Shown piece by piece: positions 22,197 to 33,054 of a DNA stretch of 64,000 bases. Within the stretch, counting starts at the first letter, position 1. Each line of letters opens with the position of its first letter. The notes below the pieces were generated by a model. It ran no database searches and was not told the origin of the DNA. It worked only from the letters and a program-made list of their open reading frames with translations. A program made the position numbers and the translations under genes. Origin of the DNA: an uncultured Thermoleophilia bacterium (GTDB lineage Bacteria; Actinomycetota; Thermoleophilia; UBA2241); NCBI GenBank assembly GCA_963739595.1, contig CAVUBA010000005.1:24631-88630 (forward strand), given 5' to 3'.

Positions 22197-22300
22197 GGCG
22201 TCGTTGCATGAGGCACGGCTCGGTCGGGAGCCGGCGGGCCTCCTCCTTCAGGGTCCTATCTTCTTGAGTTGCCCGTCGGTGCCGCTCCCCCGGCCGGTGG

Positions 22301-23852
22301 CTACTCGAGGCCGAGGCGCGCGAGCTGCACCGCGAGGGCGCCGGTCTCGAGGTGGAGCATGGCGGCCGCCTCCTCGAGGCTCAGGCGGCCGCCGCGCAGG
22401 GCTGCGAGCGCCCAGGCGCGCATGGCGGCCGGCACGCGCAGCACCGCCGGCCCTCCGTACTCTCCCGGCGGGAGGGCCTCGCCCGGCGTCAGGTGGGCCA
22501 GCGTGTCGCGCAGGCCGCCGAGATACGCCTGGCGCGGCAGCACCTCCCACTCGTGTCGCTGGAGCTCTCCCCGCAGGAGCTGGAACTGCTTGGCGTGCAG
22601 CCGGTCCGCAGCCCGGGAGCGGTAGAGCGCGGACCAGGCGCTGATGCCGAAGGCGTTGCCGAGGGCGAGCAGGTCGTCCACGTCGACGGGCCGCGGCGCC
22701 GGACCTCGGCGCTCGTACCAGCGCTGCACGGCGCGCACCGGCGCCAGCAACTCTTCCGCGAAGTCGTTGGCGGCCGCCTCGGGCGGGACGTTGCGGCTCC
22801 ACTCGACGCGCTCGTCGACCACGTCGCCGTGTCCCAGCACCAGGTGCGCGAACGCGTGTGCGAGCGCGAAGCGCTGCAGGATCACGGGCCGCGCGGCGTT
22901 GACGAAGACGAAGGGGATGCCGGCGGCGGTGAATGCAGCGGCGACCGGCCGGTCGGAGACGGGACGTTCGCCGGAGCGCGCGACGCGGGCGACGACGATC
23001 TGCGCCCCGTAGCCGTCCTCGAGCAGCGGCACGAGGTCGGGGAGCGGGCCGTCATCGGGGTCGACGTGGAGTTCGCTGCGCCAGAAGCGGGCGACGCGGT
23101 CGAACAGGACGTCGCCCGCCGCGGGGCCGGGGCGCAGGGAAGAGGCCGTGTGCGCGACGCGCTCCGGCTTGCCCTCCGCCGAGTGGCCGGTGCTCCAGCG
23201 CTGTGCCGGCTCGGTGGCCCGGGCCAGTCCGCGCAGCGCGAACCAGTCACGTGCGACGCCGGCCACGTCATCGGGCAGGCCGGCGATCAGGTGGAGACCG
23301 GACGGCGCGGACGCGCTCCTGCTCGCGGCCGGCGCCGCACGGTCTGCTCCCGGGTGCGCGGCGGATGGAGCGGCTGCGCGCAGCCATGGCGGGGGCGAAC
23401 GCCTCGTCCTGCATGCGGAGCAAGGAGCGCTGGTCGGGAGCATCCTGCGCGATGTAGTCGGCCCGAGGTCGCTCGAGGTCGAGAGTGATGGGCTCGGCGC
23501 CGGAGGACGAGTCCTCAGCGAGATCGTCGGACAGGCGGGAGAAGGCCGCGCTGCGCCGCGGGGTGACAGGCTCGTCGAGCGACCGGTGCCTTGCCGGTGA
23601 CGGCATCCGCGGTCCCGCCGCGCCGACCGGAGCCTCGCCGGCGCCCTTGAGCAGCACGTCTGCCGAGACGTGCAGCGCGTCGGCGAAGCGCTGAAGCTCG
23701 TCGGCGGAGAGACGGCGTCGCCCGGCCTCGATGCGGCTGACGGCGGACTGGTCGATGCCCACCCACTTGGCCAGGGCGCGCTGGCTCCAGCCCTGCTCCT
23801 CACGCAGCTGCGCGATCAGGCTGCCTATGCTCGCGTGATGCTCTTCGCGCAT
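22301..23852 (-). CDS. XRE-family HTH fused to an ImmA/IrrE-like (M78) domain (frame break near 23300-23400)
   Basis: ATG 23852 follows GGAGGAG. The HTH reads IGSLIAQLREEQGWSQRALAKWVGIDQSAVSRIEAGRR. The C-terminal region reads ...RFALAHAFAHLVLGH..., an M78-like metal motif with Ala in place of the catalytic Glu. Confidence 0.7.
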
Positions 23853-23931
23853 CGTTTCCGTCTCCTCCGCCGAGTACACTGCTGCATCACTGTACGCCAC
23901 AGTATGCCCGCCTTCCTGCATCGGCTCACAC

Positions 23932-23959
23932 TTGCAGGGCTTGCAGATGATGTTATAAT
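23932..23959 (+). promoter_or_regulatory. candidate sigma-70-type promoter for the 24086 operon, overlapped by an inverted repeat
   Basis: TTGCAG (23932-23937), a 16-nt spacer, then a consensus TATAAT (23954-23959) in the only AT-rich patch of this intergenic region. ATGATG (23947-23952) and CATCAT (23962-23967) bracket the -10 box. Confidence 0.45.
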
Positions 23960-24085
23960 AGCATCATATGAGTGGGAGAATGGGAACTACGACGATGACT
24001 TGGCGTCATCGGGACGGGATCTGCAGGAGGAGTCGCTCGCCGGCCGGGCCGGGCCGGCGAGCGGCCACGGAGACGGAGGTGCGTC

Positions 24086-25135
24086 ATGACGGAACAGAAC
24101 GAAGCACTGGGAGGCGCGGCGCTCGTGGAGGCGCTGCAGCTGGGAGAACGGCAGGCCCACGGGCCGCTGGCGGTCTTCCCGCTGCGGATGCCGGGCGGCC
24201 CCGGTCCGGCCTACATCACGCTGCGTGAGGCCATCGCACAGCAGATCGCGGTCGTCACCGAGGTGAGCGAGGGCGGGTCGGTGCCGGAGCTGCGCGTCGT
24301 CAACAAGGGGGACGCGCGGATCCTCGTGCTCGACGGCGAGGAGCTGCGCGGCGCCAAGCAGAACCGCGTGCTCAACACCAGCATCCTGATCGGCAAGCAC
24401 AGCAGCCTGGTCGTCCCGGTGAGCTGCACCGAGCAGGGCCGCTGGTCCTACGCTTCGCGCGAGTTCGGCGAGAGCGAGATCGTGGCCGACCGGCAGGTGC
24501 GCTACGCGATGAAGGACAGCATCAACGCGTCGCTGGCCTCCGGCGCCGGCCACCGCTCAGACCAGGGCCGCGTGTGGCACGAGGTCGGCGCGCTGCACGA
24601 GCGCCACGGGACGATGTCGCCGACGTCCGCCATGCGCGACGCGTACCAGACGCGCAAGGGCGACCTCGACGCCGTTCTCGCCGCGTTCCCGCTGCAGGAC
24701 GGCCAGCAGGGGATGCTGGTGCTGCACGGCGCGCGCGTGGTCGGTCTCGACCTCGTCTCGCGCGCGCCGCAGTACGCCGAGCTGCACGACAAGCTGCTGC
24801 GCAGCTACGCCTTCGAGGCGCTGGTGAGGGACGGGGAGCCGGGCGACAGGGCCGTCGCCGACGCCTTTCTCGAGCGGATCGCCGACCTGCCCGGGCGCCG
24901 GTACAAGAGCCCGGGCCTCGGCTGGGACGTGCGCTACGAGGGCGGCGGCGTGCTCGGGTCCGCCCTCACCTATCGCGGCAGCGCGGTGCACGCCGCGTTC
25001 TTCGACGTCGGCGGCGTGCGCGGCGCGTCCGGTGACGGCACGACGGGCGGCGAGCCGCAGGGCCAGCGCCGCCCGCGCCCGGACTGGCGCATCGCCGACG
25101 CGCGCGAGCGCGCCCGCCGGCGGCAGGCGCGCTGA
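24086..25135 (+). CDS. conserved hypothetical protein (resembles the DUF6569-type family, from memory)
   Basis: Intact 349-aa ORF with ATG 6 nt after GGAGG. Contains ...PLAVFPL...LREAIAQQIAVVTEVSEGGSVPELRVVNKGDARILVLDGEELRGAKQNRVLNTSIL...VSCTEQGRW... Confidence 0.6.
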   Translation: MTEQNEALGGAALVEALQLGERQAHGPLAVFPLRMPGGPGPAYITLREAIAQQIAVVTEVSEGGSVPELRVVNKGDARILVLDGEELRGAKQNRVLNTSILIGKHSSLVVPVSCTEQGRWSYASREFGESEIVADRQVRYAMKDSINASLASGAGHRSDQGRVWHEVGALHERHGTMSPTSAMRDAYQTRKGDLDAVLAAFPLQDGQQGMLVLHGARVVGLDLVSRAPQYAELHDKLLRSYAFEALVRDGEPGDRAVADAFLERIADLPGRRYKSPGLGWDVRYEGGGVLGSALTYRGSAVHAAFFDVGGVRGASGDGTTGGEPQGQRRPRPDWRIADARERARRRQAR

Positions 25136-25176
25136 GCCGGCGCCCTGCCCGACAGAGACTGACGAAGGAGCACACC

Positions 25177-26023
25177 ATGGACAAGGACAAGCGCGACAGG
25201 GCCTACAAGGCCGCCGCCACCATCACCCGCGAGCAGCTTCGCCGCGACGCGCCCGAGCGTGCGCGCGCCCTCGACGACGTCCAGGCCAGCGACGTGGTCG
25301 TGGTCGCGGGCTGCTACGACCACGTCGAGTCCGTGCTCGGCGCCCTCGAGGTGCCGCACGTGCTCGTCCAGCCGGAGCAGGTCGATCGCCTCGATCTCCG
25401 GCCCGAGCAGCTGCTCATCGTCAACTGCCCGGGCCAGGTCTCGGCTGCGGCGATCGCCCGCATCCGCCGCTTCGTCGAGGCCGGCGGCAGCCTGTTCACC
25501 ACCGACTGGGCGCTCAAGCACGTCGTCGAGCCGGCCTTCCCGGGCGTGCTCGCGTTCAGCAAGCGGCCGACGCCCGACGACGTGGTGCGCATCGAGGTCC
25601 GGGACCACGACAACCTCTACCTGCAGGGCGTGCTCGACGGCCAGGACGACCCGCAGTGGTGGCTGGAGGGCTCCTCGTACCCCATCACCGTGGTCGACGA
25701 GGAGCGCGTGCAGGTGCTCATCACCAGCCGCGAGCTCGAGGAGAAGTACGGCGAGGCGCCGGTGGCGGTGTGGTTCCGCTGGGGCGAAGGCGACGTGTTC
25801 CACATGATCAGCCACTACTACCTGCAGCGGACCGAGCTGCGCACGCGAGCGCCATGCCGGCGCCGCGGCGACCTACTTCGCCGAGAAGGGCGTCGAGGTG
25901 AGCGCGGCGATGGAGCAGGACCTGGGCGACCTGTCGCTCGCGGACGTCGAGTCGGCCAAGCCGTCGGCCGCGTTCATGGCCAACATCATCATCGACAAGA
26001 AGAGCCGGCAGCGGCAGGAGTGA
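25177..26023 (+). CDS. conserved hypothetical protein, partner of 24086-25135 (frame break near 25850)
   Basis: ATG follows AAGGAG. Protein-like sequence runs to ...FHMISHYYLQRTELRT, then continues in another frame (...AGAAATYFAEKGVEVSAAMEQDLGDLSLADVESAKPSAAFMANIIIDKKSRQRQE) to TGA at 26021-26023. Confidence 0.5.
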
Positions 26024-26094
26024 GGCCGGGGCGGCGGCCGGGCGGTCGAGCGCCGACGCCCGGCCGGCCGCTCGCCTTGGGGTAGGCTGAAGGC

Positions 26095-27688
26095 ATGTCC
26101 GCCTGGTCGCCACTCCAGTACCGCGTGTACCGGATGCTGTGGATCGCCCTCCTCGCGTCCAACATCGGCACCTGGATGCAGGCCGTGGGCGCCGCCTGGA
26201 TGATGGTCCAGCTGAACGCCTCGCCGGCGATCGTGGCGCTGGTGCAGACGGCGACCTACCTGCCGGTCGTCTTCGTCGGCGTCCTGGCCGGCGCCGCCGC
26301 CGACATGGTCGAACGGCGGCGCCTGCTCCTGATCACCCAGGGGTTCATGTTCGCGGCGGCCGGCGGGCTGGCCGTGTTCGCGGCGCTGGACGCCGTCACC
26401 CCGCTGCTGCTGCTCGGCTTCACGTTCGCGCTGGGGCTGGGGGCGACGTTCAACTTCCCGGCGTGGCAGGCGATCCAGCCCGAGCTGGTGCCCGCGCACG
26501 AGCTCAAGCAGGCGGTGACGCTGGGCGGCGCCAACATCAACCTGGGCCGGGCGATCGGCCCGGCGATCGGCGGCCTGCTCATCGCCGCCGCCGGCCCCTG
26601 GCTCGTGTTCGCGCTGAACGCCGCGTCGTTCGCCTTCGTGCTCGTCGTGCTCTGGCGCTGGAAGCGACCGGTCGAGGAGGTCGTCGGACCGCCCGAACGC
26701 TTCGCCGGGGCGGTCCGCGCCGGCGTCCGCTACGCCATGTTCTCGCACATCCTGCGCGGTGTGCTGGTCCGCTCCTTCGCGTTCGGCGTGGCCAGCGCCG
26801 GCCTGATGTCGCTGCTGCCCGTCTACGCCAGCCAGGTGCTCGGCTGGGGCTCGGGCGGCCTCGGCCTGCTGTTCGCGGCCATGGGCGCCGGGGCGGTCGC
26901 GACCGCCGCGGTGATCCCCCGGGTGCGCGAGCACCTCAGCGCCGACTGGGTGTTCGCGGTCGGCAGCGTGCTCGTGGCGGCGGCGCTGGTCGCGCTGGCG
27001 CTCGTGCACGCGCCGGCGCTCGCGGTGCTCGCCACGTTCGTGGCCGGGGTCGGCTGGCTGTTCTGCCTCTCGACGCTCAATGTCGCCTCCCAGGAGGTGC
27101 TGCCGGGCTGGGTGCGCGCCCGCGGGCTCGCTCTGTACCTGACGGCGATCTCCGCCGGCATCGCCCTCGGCAGCGCCCTGTGGGGCAAGCTGGCGACGTC
27201 GACCAGCGTGCCGGCCGCCTACGCGTGGAGCGCGCTCGTGATCGTCGTCACCGTCGCGCTGGCGTGGCACTGGCGGTTCGACCGCATCGCCGAGGTGGAC
27301 CTGCGGCCGGCGCCGATGGCGGCGCCGGAGGCGCGGCTGGTGGAGGACGAAGACGCCGACAGCCCGGCGCTGGTCGTCGTCGCCTACCAGATCCGGCCGG
27401 AGGTCGAGGACGAGTTCCTGCGCGCCCTTCGCCTGGTGGGCAGGGTGCGCCGGCGCACCGGCGCCACCGACTGGTCGGTGTACCGCGACGCGGACAAGCC
27501 CTACCGCTTCGTCGAGACGTTCGTGCTGCCGAGCTGGGACGAGCACCTGCGCCAGCACCAGCGGCGCACGGTCACCGACTTCGAGCTCCAGCAGGAACTG
27601 CCACCAGTTCCTTCAGGACGGGACGGAGCCGACGGCGAAGCACTACGTCGCGCCGCCCGAGCCGTCGATGCGGCTCTGGCTGCGCTGA
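26095..27688 (+). CDS. MFS transporter (EntS/MFS_3-like) with a C-terminal ABM-like domain (frame break near 27600)
   Basis: About 12 hydrophobic helices followed by a soluble tail (...VVVAYQIRPEVEDEFLRAL...YRFVETFVLPSWDEHLRQH...). The last 28 or so codons (HQFLQDGTEPTAKHYVAPPEPSMRLWLR) are in a shifted frame ending TGA at 27686-27688. Confidence 0.75.
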
Positions 27689-30409
27689 GCTGGAAGCGAC
27701 TCCGGGTAGAGCACCTCGATCTCGGTGACGCGGTCGGCGATGCGCTCGCGCAGCGCGCCGTCGGCCTCCTCGGCGAGCCAGGCGCTCAGCGTCTCGTGCT
27801 CGCCGGGGTCCGGCGGCTCGACCAGCTCGCGCAGGAACGGGTGGACGAAGCCGATCGAGGTGTCCACCGTGAACAGCACGGCGTCGCGGGCGCGGGTCAC
27901 GCCGACGTAGACGACCCGTCGCTCCTCCTCGATCTCGGCGGCGCTCCAGCGCGAGACGTCGCAGTCGTAGTCCGGGATGACGACCGAGTGGTACTCGCGG
28001 CCCTTGGCGGCGTGGATGGTGCCGATCACCACGCGGTCCTCCTCGGACTCCTCCCGCGCGAGCGTGTCGTCGGCGACGTCCTCGTGCGCCTCCTCGTCGG
28101 CGCGCAGGCGGTCCCACGTGCGCAGGTAGGTCGCCGGGTCCGGATAGGTCTCGGCGAGGAGGAGGAGCGAGTCGAAGACCTCGAGAGGGCCGGCGCCGTC
28201 GGAGCCCGCGCCGGCCGCGGCCGCGTCGGCCTCCGCGGCCCAGTGGTCGTCGAGCCCGAAGGCCTCGACGACCGTCCACACGAAGTCCTCTGACATGAGG
28301 GCCGGGTCGGCGAGCTCGGACCTCAGCGTCGACGCGAGCTCGACGAGCGCGGTGAGGGGCCGCGGCCCGGCCGGAGGCTCCTTGGCCGCAGCCGCCCTCA
28401 GGTGCGCCCACGGCCGTTTGGCTGCGCCCGCCGCTTCGACCGCTGCGGCGTTCGCCCGCCGGTCGGGCCGGCCAAGCACGGCCGCGAGACCCGCGGCGGG
28501 CAGCTCGTCCGGCGCGCGCACCAGACACAGGTAGGCGCGCAGGAGCCTCGCCGCCGGATGCGTGAACAGCTTGCAGCCGAGCGCCGGCGTCCGCGGCACC
28601 TCGCCGGCATCCAGCGCGAGCGCGACCAGCAGCTGCTGCGAGCGGTAGCGACAGAGCACGGCGAGGTCGCGCCAGTCGCAGGCGAGCCGCGCCCTCTCCG
28701 CGCGCAGGAAGGCGCAGATGGCCCCGGCGCGCTCCGGCCAGGACGGCGCGCCGAAGAACCTCACGGCGCCGTCCTGCGCCCCGGCGCGCGGCCGGATGTC
28801 CTTGGCCTCGCGCACGCGGTTGTTGGCGACCAGCCGGGCGCCGGTCTCCACCACCGCCCGCGAGCAGCGGTAGTTGGTGCACAGCGTGTAGGTGGCCGAC
28901 CACGGCTTGGGGGGCATCCGCCGGTGGAACTCGAGGATGCCGCGCGGGTCGGCCTGCCGCCAGCCGTAGATGAGCTGGTCGTCGTCACCGACGACGAACA
29001 GGCGGCGGTGCGGCCGCGAGAGCAGGTCCACGAGGGCCAGCTGCGCTCCGTTGAGGTCCTGGAACTCGTCCACCAGCACGTGGTCGAACCGGCCCTGGAT
29101 GAAGCCACGATGCGCAGGATCGGCGAGCATGTCGGCCACGGCGAAGTAGATCTGGTCGTCGAAGGACTGCAGCCCGGTGGCGGCCTGAGCGCGAGCGTAC
29201 TGTGCGTGGGTGGCCGCGAAGGGGATGGTGACGATCGGCGTCTCGGTGACGCACTCGATCCTGGACCTCGACCTCGGCGACGGGCTCGAGGGCGGCGCGC
29301 ACGCGCGTGAGGCCGTTCATGAAGGCGCCGACCGGGTCGCTGCCGCGGCGCGGCTTGAGGTCGCGGAGCGACACTCCGGCGGTCTCCATGGCCCGGGCCA
29401 TGAGCGCGCGAAGCGAGCGGCCGTCGTGGTCGAGCGAAAAGCGCGCCCGCAGGACCTCGCGCTGATATCGGTAGCCGAAGGCATTGAAGGTGGCGCAGTG
29501 GACGCCGGGCGGACGCTCGTCGCCGGCGCCGGGCGAATGCTCGGGGGATGCCGGACGCGCAGGCCGACGCCGGCGGGCGACGCGGGCGTCCGGCGGCGAG
29601 CCGAGGCGCCGGGTGGTGGCGATGCCCAGCGCTGCCAGCCGCTCCTCCAGCTGCTCGGCGGCCTTGCGGTTGAAGGCGAGCATGAGGATGCCGGCCGGGT
29701 CGGCGCCGCGGTCGACCAGCTCGACGACGCGGCTCACGAGTGTCTTGGTCTTGCCCGAGCCCGCGGGGGCCAGGACGCGCGCCGGTCCGCGCGCGTGCCG
29801 GACGGCTGCGAGCTGGGCGTCGTCCAGTCGCGTCGCGTCGGGGCCGTTCGCGGGCCGGTGCGGGGACCCCGGGCCCGCGGGAGCAGCCGGCGCCGGAACG
29901 GCCAGTGGAGGAGCGCAGGGGCGCGGAGCGGGGAACGACGGCGAGAGCGGCGAGGCAGAGGCTGGGCCGCGGGCCGCCGCGCGCAGCAGGCGGCCGATGT
30001 CCTCGAGGTCCAGCGCGGCCGCCTCGCCGACGCCGAGGCTGCGCGGCTCCAGCACTTCTGCGCCGAAGGAGAAGCCGAGGCAGAACGGAAGGTCGCGGGC
30101 GACCAACGGATGGACGAAGCCCAGCAGGACGTCGGCGGCCTGCGCGGCGAACTCCTCGGCCGCGCCCTTCCAGTGCCAGAGGCCGACCGGCGGGTCGCCG
30201 CCGAGCAGAGAACGACCGGGCTCGCCCGGGTCCTCGGTCCACGAGCGGCGGGTGGCGAACCGGACGCCCGGCGCGGCCGCCGCCGCTCGCTGCGCGAGGT
30301 CGCGGCGGCCCAGCACGTCGAAGAACAGGAGCCGGGGTCCGGTGGGCGCCGCGATCGGAAGCGCTGCGGCGTGCCCCTGGTCGGATCGCTTGTCGGTGAC
30401 GGTGCTCAT
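27643..30409 (-). CDS. UvrD/PcrA-type SF1 helicase with an unrecognised N-terminal extension of about 230 aa (frame break near 29255)
   Basis: Walker A (APAGSGKTKTLVSRV), HVLVDEFQDLN, VVGDDDQLIYGWRQA, TNYRC, TIHAAKGREY and VYVGVTRAR motifs. The pieces lie in ORFs 28985..30451 and 27643..29139. Confidence 0.8.
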
Positions 30410-30547
30410 GGGAGTGCCGGCCGGGTCTGCGTGCTTCGCCCGGCCGGCCACCGACGCTAGCAGGCCGGCGCGTGCGCTTCGAGGGTGACGAGAGTGGACG
30501 TTCGCGGCGGCGGGTGACGCGAGCGGCCGGCGAGAAACCGCCGCCGG

Positions 30548-31165
30548 TCAGCCCAGTTCGGCGTACAGCGCGGCGGCGAACGGAATGAGCTCGATGGTCG
30601 CCTCGTGGCGCAGCTGCCGCGGGTCGGCGCACTCGCCGAACCCGAGGCGGACGCGGTCCAGAGCATCCGCGTCCTTCAGCAGCCAGAGGACGCAGAGAGC
30701 TCGCTCCGGCTCCGCCAGCCGGCGCGCCGGGTCGTCGCCGGCTGCCAGTTCGGCGGCCAGTCCGGGGGCTCCGCCGTCTCGCAGTGAGTGGCGCAGGATG
30801 GCGAAGCGCACCACGGCGGCGTCGCCAGGTGCGAGGTCTGCGATGAGGCCGAGCTCGTCCACCCGCTCCACGCTGCTCGCGCCGTGCCCCGGTTCGACGC
30901 CGTCGCCGAGGCGCCCGACGTCGTGCAAGAGCGCCGCGCGCAGAACGAGCTCGCGGTCGGCCGCGCTCCAGGCCGACTGCTCGAGCAGCCGCTGCGCGTG
31001 GACGTGCACCCGCTGCGTGTGCGTGATGCCGTGCAGGCTCGAGAAGCGCCGGAACCAGTCCTGCTCGACGTCAGGCCGTCGCGCCAGCCAGGCGCGAGCC
31101 TCGACTCGCAGGGCCTCAGCCGCATCGTCGCCGCCGGGAACCGCGGCATCAAAAGGAGGAGTCAT
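30548..31165 (-). CDS. HD-domain metal-dependent phosphohydrolase
   Basis: Intact 205-aa ORF with H...HD signature ([19 protein letters not shown]) and a distal [11 protein letters not shown] motif. Confidence 0.7.
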   Translation of the reverse strand: MTPPFDAAVPGGDDAAEALRVEARAWLARRPDVEQDWFRRFSSLHGITHTQRVHVHAQRLLEQSAWSAADRELVLRAALLHDVGRLGDGVEPGHGASSVERVDELGLIADLAPGDAAVVRFAILRHSLRDGGAPGLAAELAAGDDPARRLAEPERALCVLWLLKDADALDRVRLGFGECADPRQLRHEATIELIPFAAALYAELG

Positions 31166-31272
31166 GCGCTCAGCATAGCGGGCGCGCCGGACGGCCGGCG
31201 GCCGGCGTGGATGACCGCGCCGTCGACAGTCGGCCGAGTCCCGGCGCCGTTCTCCTCTGGTACTCTCGGTTC

Positions 31273-32022
31273 ATGGACGAGACCGGCATCGATCCGGCTG
31301 TGCGCGCCCGGATGACGGTGGTCGTGGGCGACATCACCGCGCTCGATGTGGACGCCATCGTCAACGCCGCCAACAGCTCGCTGCTCGGCGGGGGTGGCGT
31401 GGATGGCGCCATCCATCGCGCCGCCGGCCCGGGGCTGCTCTCCGAGTGCCGCACGCTCGGGGGCTGTCCGACCGGAGAGGCGCGCATCACCGGCGGCTAC
31501 GACCTCCCGGCGCGGCACGTGATCCACACGGTCGGACCGGTCTACGATCGTCAGCCGCCCGCTGAGGCCGAGCGCCTGTTGCGCTCGTGCTACCTGGAGT
31601 CGCTGCGGCTGGCGGCCGAGGCCGGCTTGGAGACGATTGCGTTCCCCGGCATCTCGACCGGTGTCTACGGCTATCCCAAGGCAGACGCGTGCGCGGCCGC
31701 CGTGAGCGCCGTCGCCGGCTGGCTCGCGGCGCACGAGCTGCCGCGCGTCGTCACCTTCTGCTGCTTCAGCGCCGTGGACGCGGCGCTGTACCGGGCGCGG
31801 CTCGGACGTCGCCGGCTGAGCGGGCGAACTGCCCCGGGCCCAAGGGCGGCCGCACGCGATGAGCATCCTCCGGCATCCGTCGACGTTGCGCCTACTAGGC
31901 GAGCCACTGACAGGCGCGTAGACTCAGGAAGAGCCCGCAGGACGCGGGCAAGATCGTGTCGTGCATCGCACGGCCGGTGCGGCGGTCACCACGCCGCGAA
32001 AGGGGGAGGTGGACGAACGTGA
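31273..32022 (+). CDS. macro domain protein (O-acetyl-ADP-ribose deacetylase, YmdB-like)
   Basis: [37 protein letters not shown]...VIHTVGP...[14 protein letters not shown]. Homology ends near 31810. The Arg-rich ORF tail to 32022 overlaps the next gene's start and is probably not native. Alternative start ATG 31312. Confidence 0.75.
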   Translation: MDETGIDPAVRARMTVVVGDITALDVDAIVNAANSSLLGGGGVDGAIHRAAGPGLLSECRTLGGCPTGEARITGGYDLPARHVIHTVGPVYDRQPPAEAERLLRSCYLESLRLAAEAGLETIAFPGISTGVYGYPKADACAAAVSAVAGWLAAHELPRVVTFCCFSAVDAALYRARLGRRRLSGRTAPGPRAAARDEHPPASVDVAPTRRATDRRVDSGRARRTRARSCRASHGRCGGHHAAKGGGGRT

Positions 32023-33050
32023 GCGTTCTCCATTCATTGACCAGACGGCGGGGCGCCGCGAAGGTCCTTTTGGTACTGGCGGGCATCGTTGCGCTCGCAG
32101 CGCTGGCCGCTGGGTGCGGGAGCTCCAGCTCCAGCACCAGCTCGAGTGCGAGCCCGACTGTGTCCACCAGCGGATCGCCTGCCGCGACCTGGACGTCAGC
32201 CGACCTCGCCAACGTCACGACCGACCCGTCGATCCACGCGATGTTGCCGACCAGTCTTCAGAGCACTATCAAGTGCATAAGCGACATTCCCTATCCGCCG
32301 TGGGAGTACTTCGACCCGCCGACGAGCAACAACCCGGCCGGCTTCGACTACGACTTGTCGCAGGCGCTCGCCAAGAAGATGGGCGTCACGATCACGTTCA
32401 CGAAGAAGCCGTTCGACGCCGCCCTCCTGGCCATCGTCGGCAACACCGTCCCCATGATGATGTCGGGCATGTACGACAGCGCCGAGCGCCAGAAGAGCGG
32501 CATCAGCTTCGTCGACTACACCACCGACGGCACCGCCATCCTGACGCTGAAGGGCAATCCCAACGGGATCACCAACCTCGAGAGCCTGGCGGGGAAGGCG
32601 GTGACCTGCGAGCGGGGTACGACGCAGCAGGCGTTCCTGACAAGCCTGAACCAGCAGTTCCAGACCCAGGGCAAAGCACAGATGAGTATCATCGTGGTCA
32701 CGACCCAGCCTGATGCGCTCCTGAAGGTCCAGGGCAACACGGCCGTCGCCGATCTGACCGACTACTCCACCGCCCTGGATGTCGCAAAGAAGACTCCCGC
32801 CTTCGAGGTGGTCCCGGACCCGGCGGCTCCCTACGATCCGCAGATGGACGGGATCGGCACGAACCACGTCAACACGCAGCTCCTTTCCGCCATACAGAAG
32901 GCGCTGCAGTCACTGATGGATGCCGGCCAGTACCAGCAGCTGTGCGCTGCGTGGGGCTTCAAGACGCTCCCGAAGGCCACGATCAACGCTGGCCCCGCAT
33001 ACGCCGCAAGCCATGCGATCGGCGCGGCCAGTCCCTCGCCCTCGCCGTGA
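32019..33050 (+). CDS. ABC transporter substrate-binding lipoprotein (polar amino acid, family 3)
   Basis: GTG 32019 follows GGGGGAGG. Signal peptide plus lipobox (LAALAAGC), then family-3 SBP-like sequence. Confidence 0.8.
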   Translation: MSVLHSLTRRRGAAKVLLVLAGIVALAALAAGCGSSSSSTSSSASPTVSTSGSPAATWTSADLANVTTDPSIHAMLPTSLQSTIKCISDIPYPPWEYFDPPTSNNPAGFDYDLSQALAKKMGVTITFTKKPFDAALLAIVGNTVPMMMSGMYDSAERQKSGISFVDYTTDGTAILTLKGNPNGITNLESLAGKAVTCERGTTQQAFLTSLNQQFQTQGKAQMSIIVVTTQPDALLKVQGNTAVADLTDYSTALDVAKKTPAFEVVPDPAAPYDPQMDGIGTNHVNTQLLSAIQKALQSLMDAGQYQQLCAAWGFKTLPKATINAGPAYAASHAIGAASPSPSP

Positions 33051-33054
33051 CGCC

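Noticed and set aside
22060-22300. Small RNA or regulatory element in the 240-nt gap upstream of the redox cluster.
   Set aside because: Apart from the hairpin at 22166-22196, interpreted as the terminator of the upstream gene, I see no conserved-looking motif. The promoter elements are not identifiable with confidence.
31850-32018. Possible cobalamin riboswitch upstream of the ABC substrate-binding protein, because of a GCCACTG B12-box-like heptamer at 31903-31909.
   Set aside because: The other conserved riboswitch elements are not evident around it, and the region is also covered by the macro-domain ORF tail. A single heptamer is insufficient.
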